Both the position numbers and the translations under genes were made by a program. DNA of 64,000 nt from a virus: the IMG/VR virus record IMGVR_UViG_3300032083_000683, positions 6,409 to 70,408 of that record; one strand, 5' to 3'. The stretch's first letter is position 1; each line of letters starts with the position of its first letter. The notes below the pieces were generated by a model that did not search any database, was not told the DNA's origin, and was given only the letters and a program-made list of their open reading frames with translations. Positions 47,281 to 56,430 of the stretch are shown piece by piece.

Positions 47281-50200
47281 TTATACTGTTATTCCTGTTG
47301 CACCCTCTAAATCAAAATTATCTCCAGCATTTGATGATGTGCTGTCTGTTCCGTTTAATACTAAATAACCATGAGAAGTTACACCATCTATATTGTTTAT
47401 AGTTTCGTCCTCTAACGCAATATCACCAGTTGTCCTCACAACAATTTCTGATGCTTGAACTATTGGTTGAGCCCCTACTGGATTTACACTACTATTTAGT
47501 GTCCAATTCTCAATAGGTATCTGTCCTTCTGAAATAATTAAATTTGTTGACTCAAGTAATAATTCTGATGCAGTATCATTTCGTAATGAATCTTCTAGTA
47601 ACACTTTATCGCCTGCATTAGGAATTGGATCATCAATACCCGTTCCGTTTAATATAATTACATCATCACCACTTGTTCCTTGTATTTCTAGTTTAATACC
47701 AGAATCATCTGTAAGATCTTCTTGTGATTCTAAATTAAGAAGTGAACTGTTTTCACCCTCTAAAAGTATTCTTTCAACAACTGAATTAGAAGAATATTCT
47801 TCTTCAATTAAACTTCCAGATAGTTCTAAAGTAAACCTATTTCTTTTTGTAGTTTCTTGCAACAAATGATTACCAGCATTTGATGATGTACTGTCTGTTC
47901 CATCTAAAATAAGTTGTCCAAAATCCTCAAGAAGAACTCCAGTATTTTCAATTGCATTTGCATTATTTTGCTCTACTGATTTACTAAGATTATCATTAAT
48001 AATAATTTTACTCTTATTAAGAATATCGTTAAAAGTTAAACTATTTACATCACTGAGTTTAACTGAAGTGTCATCATGGTCATCTTCTAATAATATTTTT
48101 TCATGCTCATTTATATAATACCCAACTGGAAATGCCCATGTATCTGATTCAGCCATGAGAACAGAATCATCACCACCTTGCTCTAATAGTATTCTATCTT
48201 TTAAGCCTCTTGTTACAAAAGTAGAATCCTCTTGTAATATTCTACTACCATCTTCCATTAAAATATTACCGCCATCATCTGTACCAGATCCATCTGTTGC
48301 ATTTAATACAACATGGTCTCTATCCTCATCACCCTCAAGTAATATTGGAACATTAGGGTCATTAAATGGAAGTGTTCCATCTATGACTAAGTTACCAGAC
48401 TCAAAAGAACCCTCAGTTGAGTTTTCTAATTGTAGTGCAGATTGCCCACTTCCAAAAGGATTTTGTGCAAGTTGTAGTAAAAGATTTCTTGCAGCTCTAA
48501 CTGTAGGCCTTGTAGATATATCTACCTTTGTTCTTTTAACTAAAACTCTCTCTGCTTTACCACTCGGTGCATGAGAAGTTTCTGCCATGAGCCTACCACC
48601 ACCATCATCATTGGTATCTCTTTCTGGATTACCCTCAAATAAAATATTGTCTCCAGCATTACTTGATGAAATATCTGTTCCATCAAGAATAATCGTATCA
48701 TCTCTATCACCTCTATCACCATCTGGTGCAACTTCTAGTCTACTTTTAATAACTTGGTCAAATATAGTTTCAAATGTAGATGCAAGTATTGGTGAGAATC
48801 TATCATCACCAGTAAATCCTGATAATGTGGCACCAGCATTTGTTACTGCAACTGATATTGCAGATGCAATTGACACTTTACCAAATGGTCTAAATCCAGC
48901 TGGGTGAACTGCTTTCTTGAGTTCATTTACATAAGTTCCAAATGCTTCACCAACTTGAACCTCATATGAATAATCTTGATAGTAATAAGAGTCTTGAACA
49001 CGAATTAAATCTTCACCTATTAAACTTTTTATACCACTATAAGAACCCTCAGAAGTTGATGTTTGTCCTATTTGACTTGATGCAGTTGCAATGTCTGCTT
49101 TGATGATTGTTCCTGTTGCACCAGTGTTGTCAGTTATAACAACATTATCTTTACTAAAATCTATTGCATCTTCATTAATAATATTGTCACCAGCATCACT
49201 TGATGAACTATCAGTTCCATCAAGAAGTATATCTCCAGTTCCAGTTTCATCTTCTCCTAGTAAATTACTATTTGCATCAGTAGAGTCTGAATCAGTTCCA
49301 TTTAAAATTAATCTGTTTCCAGCTTCTTCTATTGCAACAACTTCACCAGCTGCTGTTCCGTCAGAATCAATTCCATCAAGGAGTAAAAATTGCCCTGATA
49401 AATTTTCTTGATACCTATCTAATTTAATTACACCTACTCCTGACTCTGGTGCAATAAAACTTGAATCACTAACTTCTAAAATAAATCTATCACCAGTATC
49501 AGAAAAACCAGTAAGTGTAACTCTTGGTTCATTTTCCTCCATGACTAAAATGGAATCTTGTCCATCATTAGAACCAACTTCTAATAAAATATTATCATTT
49601 TGGTCAACACCACCAGATGCAGTTTGATTAAATCCTATTCTTGATTCTCTTGTGACTGCAAGACTTTCTTGCATTAAGAAACCAAGTCCTGTATCAGTTC
49701 CGTCCTCTAATAAAAGTCCACGAATAGCAGTTTGACTTGCATCTAATAAAACATTTTCACTCTCATCTTCTATGGTGGTTTGTGGATCTGGTGTATATGC
49801 AAGTCCACCCATACCAGAGTGATTTACACAATAATAATATAAGTCTGGAGCTCCAGATGCAACAACTATTTGAATATATGCACCTGTTGTTCCAATATCA
49901 ATATAAGATGCAGAAGTTGTAACACCATCAGTATATTCAGATCCACCACCATGTGTTCCGTTTGGTGTTATTGAAAATTTAAGTTGATGATTTTTAGATG
50001 ATACTGCGTTGTACAACGAACTATCTGATAAGTCAAAGTAATAAGTGTTACCCTCTGTTAATCTAAGTGTTGGTTGTGGAACACTATCAATTGCAAAAAT
50101 GTTAGCAGTGTCTGATGCATTTCTAACAACAGTAACTTTTTTAGTAATTGTTCTTGTGGATGGTGTTGTAATTGATGTTCCATCTAATAAAACATCTTCA

Positions 50201-52344
50201 CCATCATCAAAGTCTTGTGTGTCCTCTAATAAAATACCACCAGCAATATCACCAGTATTTGTTCCAACCTCTAAATCTATACCCTCATTAAAAGTTGCAG
50301 TTGATTCTTGCTCAACACGAATTACATTTTCAAATTCTGTATCAAGAACATTTGTATTTGAATCAAAACTTTTAACTGTTCCCACATGAGATGTAAGAGT
50401 ATTTCCATTTGTAAAAGTTCCAGATACATCTTTAAGAACAAAGTGAGCTCTAGGCACAACTGTGGGTGCATTATTAGTAAAATTAAAACCAGAATCACTT
50501 ACTTTTAAAGATTTTATCCCACCAATATCACTCGTTGTTGCGAGAACTGATGCACCAGTTCCAGATGTAGTTGTAATAGTGACTGTTGGTAATTTTGTAT
50601 ATCCATCACCACCATTTGCAACATGAACTTTTTGTATAGCACCAGCCTCTGCTGTGCTAAATGTGTCAGACTCTAAAACAATTTGATCTGTTTCTGTTGT
50701 GTGAGTATCCTCTGCTTCAAAAACAGTATCAGTAAGAATTTGGTGATTTGCATTTGCACCAAGTCCATCTGTTCCATCTAAAATTAAATTATTAAGAACA
50801 TTACCACGAACATATATTTTTGCACCATCTGCTGGTGCAGTGGTAAATGTTAAAGTTGTTCCACTTGCAGTCCAATTAGTTGGTGAAGTTAAAGTATCAT
50901 CTGTTTCTGGAAAATTAACATCATCAATGGTAACAATTATTGTATCTGTTGTTGTATTTAAATTTGTTAAAGTAAATACTGTTGTTGTTCCATCACCAAT
51001 AAAATTATCATCTAATATATTTTCTAATTGAATATTAAATGATTCTAAATGTGTTTGAGTTCCACTTTCTAAAATTATACTATCAGATGTAAATGTAGGA
51101 TCATCAAGTGTTCCTGATTCTAATTGAATACCACCACCAACCATACTGACAAAACCAGATGCAGACTCAACTAAATTATCTGATGTGGATTCAGTAAATG
51201 TTAAAGTATCACCAACCTCATAACTTGTTCCAGCGTCATCAACTTTAACTTCACTTACTGAGCCACTATGAATTTCACTTACAAGAACATCACCAAATCC
51301 ATTTCCTAAACTTTCAACAACTGTTGGCTCATTCACACTATGAAGAATACCATCATTACCAACACTTGCAGATGAAATAATTGATGAAATTGTAAACTTA
51401 ACATTTAAATCTCTAGTAGAGGATAAACCACTTACAATTTCACCTTTAGAAAATGTTCCTGATACATTTTCAATTGTAAATTCTGTTATTGATTCAGTTC
51501 CTTGTTGAAACGATAAAGAGGAAACAACAGTTGCAGTTGCACCAGATGTTGCACCAGTAATAACTGCATCAATAACTTCAGCGCCAGATACTCCTGATGT
51601 ATTAGGAGTGACACGCATAGTTGTTGTTCTTCCCCAATTACCATCTGAAGTTCTTAAAACATTTTCCGTTGGATAAAATATTTCTGGCTGCTCTCCTACG
51701 AACAATCTCATAAACAGTTTATGACCCTCTGATGTTCCTTTAGCTGCATAGAGGTCTTTAATACTTTTTATGAGATTCCTCTTTGATACTCCTGATGCAA
51801 GAGTGTTTGGTATTGCGTTCATAAATGAGTTACGGAACTCATCTAAGAAATCATAGATTGTATTATCTGTGTTTGCGTATTCTAATAACTGCTGAATGTT
51901 TTGAACTGGATTTGCACGATACTGCTTTATTGCTCCAGTTGCACCAGATGTTGCACCAGTAATTGTTTCACCAGTAATAAATTTTTGCTGAGAGCTAATG
52001 TAAAGATAATTGTTTCTTAAATCTTGTAGTAATACTGTTGCAGTTGCACCAGATGTTGCACCAGTAACAGTTTCATTTTCAACAAAGTTTGAAGTAGAGC
52101 CTGCACCAGATTCAGTAACAACTCTGTCACCATCTGCATTTAAAATATAATTTGTTGTTGTAGTTTCTTGTATGATATAATCTATGTCTGGAGTATCTAA
52201 AGTTATTCTTCCAGCTTCAAGGTATTGATAATAGTGCTTAAGAAAACGAACAAAAACAGGGTGGTCTGATTGAACAAAATCAGGAACTTGGCCTTCTATT
52301 AAAGGTGAAACTTTTGTAACTAATTTAGAATCGTTTTTACTCAT
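47281..52344 (-). CDS. gp7: baseplate wedge initiator gp7-like, with long acidic repeat insertions
   Basis: Q.PDFV..DHP.FV.FLK.YY, IKDLY.AKGT..., QDSYYYQDYSYEV...VHPAGF..FG. Confidence 0.85.
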   Translation of the reverse strand: MSKNDSKLVTKVSPLIEGQVPDFVQSDHPVFVRFLKHYYQYLEAGRITLDTPDIDYIIQETTTTNYILNADGDRVVTESGAGSTSNFVENETVTGATSGATATVLLQDLRNNYLYISSQQKFITGETITGATSGATGAIKQYRANPVQNIQQLLEYANTDNTIYDFLDEFRNSFMNAIPNTLASGVSKRNLIKSIKDLYAAKGTSEGHKLFMRLFVGEQPEIFYPTENVLRTSDGNWGRTTTMRVTPNTSGVSGAEVIDAVITGATSGATATVVSSLSFQQGTESITEFTIENVSGTFSKGEIVSGLSSTRDLNVKFTISSIISSASVGNDGILHSVNEPTVVESLGNGFGDVLVSEIHSGSVSEVKVDDAGTSYEVGDTLTFTESTSDNLVESASGFVSMVGGGIQLESGTLDDPTFTSDSIILESGTQTHLESFNIQLENILDDNFIGDGTTTVFTLTNLNTTTDTIIVTIDDVNFPETDDTLTSPTNWTASGTTLTFTTAPADGAKIYVRGNVLNNLILDGTDGLGANANHQILTDTVFEAEDTHTTETDQIVLESDTFSTAEAGAIQKVHVANGGDGYTKLPTVTITTTSGTGASVLATTSDIGGIKSLKVSDSGFNFTNNAPTVVPRAHFVLKDVSGTFTNGNTLTSHVGTVKSFDSNTNVLDTEFENVIRVEQESTATFNEGIDLEVGTNTGDIAGGILLEDTQDFDDGEDVLLDGTSITTPSTRTITKKVTVVRNASDTANIFAIDSVPQPTLRLTEGNTYYFDLSDSSLYNAVSSKNHQLKFSITPNGTHGGGSEYTDGVTTSASYIDIGTTGAYIQIVVASGAPDLYYYCVNHSGMGGLAYTPDPQTTIEDESENVLLDASQTAIRGLLLEDGTDTGLGFLMQESLAVTRESRIGFNQTASGGVDQNDNILLEVGSNDGQDSILVMEENEPRVTLTGFSDTGDRFILEVSDSSFIAPESGVGVIKLDRYQENLSGQFLLLDGIDSDGTAAGEVVAIEEAGNRLILNGTDSDSTDANSNLLGEDETGTGDILLDGTDSSSSDAGDNIINEDAIDFSKDNVVITDNTGATGTIIKADIATASSQIGQTSTSEGSYSGIKSLIGEDLIRVQDSYYYQDYSYEVQVGEAFGTYVNELKKAVHPAGFRPFGKVSIASAISVAVTNAGATLSGFTGDDRFSPILASTFETIFDQVIKSRLEVAPDGDRGDRDDTIILDGTDISSSNAGDNILFEGNPERDTNDDGGGRLMAETSHAPSGKAERVLVKRTKVDISTRPTVRAARNLLLQLAQNPFGSGQSALQLENSTEGSFESGNLVIDGTLPFNDPNVPILLEGDEDRDHVVLNATDGSGTDDGGNILMEDGSRILQEDSTFVTRGLKDRILLEQGGDDSVLMAESDTWAFPVGYYINEHEKILLEDDHDDTSVKLSDVNSLTFNDILNKSKIIINDNLSKSVEQNNANAIENTGVLLEDFGQLILDGTDSTSSNAGNHLLQETTKRNRFTLELSGSLIEEEYSSNSVVERILLEGENSSLLNLESQEDLTDDSGIKLEIQGTSGDDVIILNGTGIDDPIPNAGDKVLLEDSLRNDTASELLLESTNLIISEGQIPIENWTLNSSVNPVGAQPIVQASEIVVRTTGDIALEDETINNIDGVTSHGYLVLNGTDSTSSNAGDNFDLEGATGITV

Positions 52345-52350
52345 ATCTTA

Positions 52351-52641
52351 TTAACCAGAAAATACATTACCAGAGCCTTGTGCAACTTTACTACCACACG
52401 CAACTGGATCTCCTATTCTTCCTAATTGTAAATTATTTGCAAATACAGTTGATGAGCCAGACTCAAGAGTTGATGAGTGACTTGTTCCATCATTTATACA
52501 AACATGAACTCCCCAAGTGTCTGTTGCTCTATGAACTCCAATATTATTTGCAAATACAGTTGTGCTTCCACTAGTGTTGACTCTAGGTGGAAAACACCCA
52601 TGCCCAGTTCCTAAATCTCCAATCCTAGTAACCGCCGGCAT
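52351..52641 (-). CDS. PAAR spike-tip protein (gp5.4-like)
   Basis: MPAVTRIGD..TGHGCFPP...VHR..D...H.C...H...GS.TVFAN...GRIGD...CGS. Confidence 0.92.
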   Translation of the reverse strand: MPAVTRIGDLGTGHGCFPPRVNTSGSTTVFANNIGVHRATDTWGVHVCINDGTSHSSTLESGSSTVFANNLQLGRIGDPVACGSKVAQGSGNVFSG

Positions 52642-53983
52642 CTTCACTCTCCTCTGTTTCTGTAGTTGTTTGCTGTAAACTACTAGTTCTTATACCATCT
52701 TTATAATCAGACGAGTTAAAGTAATCACTTATAAATGTTCCTGTCTTTGAATAGTCTTGTGTGTTTGTAAGATATCCTACTTGCCCACTAGTAAAACCAG
52801 TTACAGTACCAATTCCATTTTTTTCATAGTCTTGTAGACTAGTAAATAATTTATCTGTGCGATAAGGAGTAGCGCCTGTTAAACCCACACTGTATCTATA
52901 ATCACTACCGCCTAACTCAAATGCTCTTTGAAACTCTGGCCAATGCTGTCTAGCTTGTATTCTAATTGGAAGAAGAACTTGTTGAGTAGCATCTGGTTTT
53001 ATTTCATATACCTCTTGTCCTTGTGGTATTCCAGATAATACACCACTGTAATTAACTTGATTACCACCCAAAGATATGTTTGGTGTAGATAAATCAGATT
53101 CTCCAACAGGAACATATTTTGCAGTTACATCAGAAAATAATTCATCATGTGTATAATATCCAGATATAGTTGCTTTTGCTGAGAAAATAACATCACCAGT
53201 TACATTTAATGCATTATCAATAATACTATTGTATTGAGTATTTTTAGAAACAAAGTCAGCATCACCAGTTCTATCATATCCATTAAAATAACTTACATAA
53301 TCTCCTAAATTTTGAAAAGTTCTACTACTTCTTCCTCTAGGAAGTCTGTCTGCATCTATAATTTGTTCAAAAGTACCATCTTTTCTAGGGTCATTTCTAA
53401 ACATCCAAAAAGGATAAATTCTATTATCACCTTGTGATGAAGTATATGATGTGTCTAAAATAAAGTCGTCAACAGTCCAATCATCTTTAAATGCAAAACT
53501 GTTGTAAGGTTCAATTCCAGAAGTACCATTAAAATAAACTAATGGATCGGTTGCTGATGGAAATGGTGGAATTACTCTTTCATCTACATAGATACTATTT
53601 GTTACTGTAATATTTTTTCCTTTAATTAAAGGGTCTAGCATTAAATAAAATATGTGCTGACCTACATTAAAATCACCACCAAGTGGTATAGTTGTTGGAT
53701 CAACTTGATACATCCAAAGTGTGTATGTAAATTCAACCTCTGGAAATATTTGAACAGTATCCACAAAACTATCAGTATCTAGTAAATTCTGATATGCACT
53801 TGGTTCATATCTTTGACTAAATCTATCACCACTTAAAATATTTGTTATTTGGTCAGTAGTAAATTTTCTTGAAACAGTGCTGAGATTAGTTACAGGAATC
53901 ATAGGATCAGTTCCAGATTCTGGAGCTTCACTTCCTGTGCTCCAAAGAAAATTTGCAGCATAATCAACAGCAACTACTGTCAT
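52625..53983 (-). CDS. hypothetical baseplate-region protein (possibly gp5.1-related C-terminal half)
   Basis: 452-aa ORF between gp6 and PAAR; weak resemblance only. Confidence 0.55.
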   Translation of the reverse strand: MTVVAVDYAANFLWSTGSEAPESGTDPMIPVTNLSTVSRKFTTDQITNILSGDRFSQRYEPSAYQNLLDTDSFVDTVQIFPEVEFTYTLWMYQVDPTTIPLGGDFNVGQHIFYLMLDPLIKGKNITVTNSIYVDERVIPPFPSATDPLVYFNGTSGIEPYNSFAFKDDWTVDDFILDTSYTSSQGDNRIYPFWMFRNDPRKDGTFEQIIDADRLPRGRSSRTFQNLGDYVSYFNGYDRTGDADFVSKNTQYNSIIDNALNVTGDVIFSAKATISGYYTHDELFSDVTAKYVPVGESDLSTPNISLGGNQVNYSGVLSGIPQGQEVYEIKPDATQQVLLPIRIQARQHWPEFQRAFELGGSDYRYSVGLTGATPYRTDKLFTSLQDYEKNGIGTVTGFTSGQVGYLTNTQDYSKTGTFISDYFNSSDYKDGIRTSSLQQTTTETEESEDAGGY

Positions 53984-54028
53984 AATACTTTCCAGTTATA
54001 ATGCTTAGAATTATTTCGTATCCACATA

Positions 54029-55954
54029 TTAGTAACTTGATGATGTTGGAGTTGAAGATGGTGTTGATACAGTTGTAGTTGTTACTGTTCCACCACTTGT
54101 AACTGTTGTTGTATATCCTGTTCCAGTTGTTGTTGTTTGGTCAACTGAGCCAACAATAGTTGTATTTGTTAAATCTATTTCTAGTATTTGATTACGAACT
54201 GGAACAACATCATTTGAATTTGGTATCGCAGTAATTCTTATTGATACTGATGTTTCATCATCAACATTTGATATTGCAGTAATTGTAAGTGGATTGATTG
54301 TAACAGTTCCTTTTGTGTAATCAATTGTGCCTGCAGCTGAATCAAAATAAACTCTTGCACCAGCAACCACAGAATAAATTCTAAGGTTGCCTGCACCATC
54401 ATCATCAAAGAAATACTCAGTCGCTCCACCAAGAAAAAATCCTGTTGATGCAATAATACCACCAGCAGCTGCATTGTGTCCTGAGTGTGGATTAAAAAGT
54501 GCGTTTGCAAAGTTTACAATGAAAGATTGCTTAGTTGATAAAGTAGGTGTAATAAATTTACCAAGTGTAACTGTTACAGTATTGTTTAATATTGCAGTAT
54601 CAGTATCATCAATCTGTCCAGTAAGTTTTGAGTGCCTAAATGGGTTGTCAAAGTTTTTTAAATCTGTATCGTTATATGCAGATATTGTATCACTAATCAA
54701 AGACTCTAATCCACCTTTTGTTTGTGTGGTAGAATTTGAGTCATATGCAAATGAAACATTTAAAATTAAAAATGTAGTTTCTGCATCAACAATAACTGGT
54801 GTAACAGATGATACTTTAAATTTTTTTAAGTCTGTAACTAGTTGAGTTTTCTGTGCATCTGATAAATTTAATCCTGTTGTAGACTTAACTGATATAAAAA
54901 CTTTACCATATTCTGGTGTATCACTTACGCCTGTACTAGTGTCATAACTTCCATCTTCTCCACCCCATACTGAAACAGCTTGAGTGTTTGCAAAAAGTTT
55001 CTTTATATAAACTTTGTAATCTTCTGTTGTAACTGCACGGCCTTGAGATGCGTAATCAAGTGGTGCGTTAAGTTTGATTGAAGTTAGTGATTCTGGCTCT
55101 GAACCACCAAATGCAGCTGTAACAGTTGATGTGGTAACGCCTGTTACACCATCTATAGCTCCAGAGTTTGAAAATGTATTTGCACCATTTGCTAAAGATT
55201 TATTTGTTACAACATATGATAATACCACAATATTATCATCAGTAAGTGCTTTACTTACAACACCATCACCAAAATAAACTTCAAACTTTCCATTTTCAAC
55301 TTCTTGTAAATAATAGACTGTGCTTGATGCATTAAGCTGTGATATATCAGTTGCTCTAGTGTAAGTTGTCGTAGTAGAATCAGAGGCAGAGTTTTGCACC
55401 TTAACAGTTAAAGTTGTAGTGTCTGCACGATTATCTCTAAGTAAAAATCTTTGCTCTACATTAGATGAATCAACTGTGTACTTTGTCGTTACATAAGTTC
55501 CCTCATATATTTCTGTGCTGTCAAAAATAACTTTATTACCAGAATTTGATTTTGTAACATCTGATGCAGTAACAAATTGATATGATGTTCCATCTACTGT
55601 TGTATTAAACGCAGTGCCAGCTGGCATTGTTTTAGTTGTATCTCCAGTAGCAAGTTCAATATTTACAGTTGCTTTTGAAGCTCTACAAGAACTCACTTCG
55701 TATCCAAGTGTCTTTGCGTGTGATACGATACTTGATCTGAGTGATGCACTATCAAGAAACATTTCATTTGCTAGCATGTTTGCATTAAAACCAAGATAGT
55801 GTGTATTGTACGCAAGAGTGTCTAGTAGTATTGACATACCAGAACCCTCAAAGTCATAGTCTTTAAATTCTGTCTGTGCTTTTAAAAAATTTTTTAGGTT
55901 TGCTTTGATATCATCAAAGTCTAATTCTGTTACTCTTAATTTAGTGTCTGCCAT
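54029..55954 (-). CDS. gp6: baseplate wedge subunit gp6
   Basis: LDFD.IK.NLK.FL, DYDFEGS, LAYNTHY, FGDG, QGRAVT.EDY. Confidence 0.95.
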   Translation of the reverse strand: MADTKLRVTELDFDDIKANLKNFLKAQTEFKDYDFEGSGMSILLDTLAYNTHYLGFNANMLANEMFLDSASLRSSIVSHAKTLGYEVSSCRASKATVNIELATGDTTKTMPAGTAFNTTVDGTSYQFVTASDVTKSNSGNKVIFDSTEIYEGTYVTTKYTVDSSNVEQRFLLRDNRADTTTLTVKVQNSASDSTTTTYTRATDISQLNASSTVYYLQEVENGKFEVYFGDGVVSKALTDDNIVVLSYVVTNKSLANGANTFSNSGAIDGVTGVTTSTVTAAFGGSEPESLTSIKLNAPLDYASQGRAVTTEDYKVYIKKLFANTQAVSVWGGEDGSYDTSTGVSDTPEYGKVFISVKSTTGLNLSDAQKTQLVTDLKKFKVSSVTPVIVDAETTFLILNVSFAYDSNSTTQTKGGLESLISDTISAYNDTDLKNFDNPFRHSKLTGQIDDTDTAILNNTVTVTLGKFITPTLSTKQSFIVNFANALFNPHSGHNAAAGGIIASTGFFLGGATEYFFDDDGAGNLRIYSVVAGARVYFDSAAGTIDYTKGTVTINPLTITAISNVDDETSVSIRITAIPNSNDVVPVRNQILEIDLTNTTIVGSVDQTTTTGTGYTTTVTSGGTVTTTTVSTPSSTPTSSSY

Positions 55955-56385
55955 TATCGTAATCTTTCTAACAAGATTGTTAAATCTACAAGTTCTGTGG
56001 GAGTATTTAAAACATAAAACTCTATACTCACATTGTATGCGTTATTATCTAAGTCTGGAAATGCTCTGACTGCAACCAGTCTTGCTCTAGGCTCAAAGTT
56101 ATTAATTACATCTTCAATTTTTCTAGTGAGTATAACAGCAGTTGTTGGTGTCATTAGTTCAAATAACATATCTCTTACACCAGAGCCAATCTCTGGGTGA
56201 AAAGGTTTCTCATAATGATTAAGAAGAACTAAGTTACGAATGGAACGCTTGACTGCTTGGACATCTGTAACTTTACTAATGTCACTATCAGAACTTTTTT
56301 TACCAAAGAACAAATCAAGGTCGGTGTACTGTCTTGAATTTCTGTCACTATTGTTATTTGATTGTGCATCAATATACGCAGACAC
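55954..56385 (-). CDS. gp25: baseplate wedge subunit gp25
   Basis: YTDLDL.F, AVKRSIRNLV.....EKPF.P.IGS, I.NFEPR. Confidence 0.93.
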   Translation of the reverse strand: MSAYIDAQSNNNSDRNSRQYTDLDLFFGKKSSDSDISKVTDVQAVKRSIRNLVLLNHYEKPFHPEIGSGVRDMLFELMTPTTAVILTRKIEDVINNFEPRARLVAVRAFPDLDNNAYNVSIEFYVLNTPTELVDLTILLERLR

Positions 56386-56430
56386 TTATAACTCCTATTG
56401 TTATTATTGTTATATTATTTATACGAGTTA

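Noticed and set aside
30009-48683. Diversity-generating retroelement TR/VR pair (near-identical 41-mers in gp14 and gp7; similar 30-mers within gp7)
   Set aside because: The repeats are too short, mismatches are not one-directional at adenines, both copies are coding, and no reverse transcriptase is in the window.
51532-52068. Repeated GTTGCACCAGATGTTGCACCAGTAA blocks
   Set aside because: They encode the common 'TGATSGAT' beta-turn motif of baseplate proteins, so this is a protein-level repeat rather than a DNA element.
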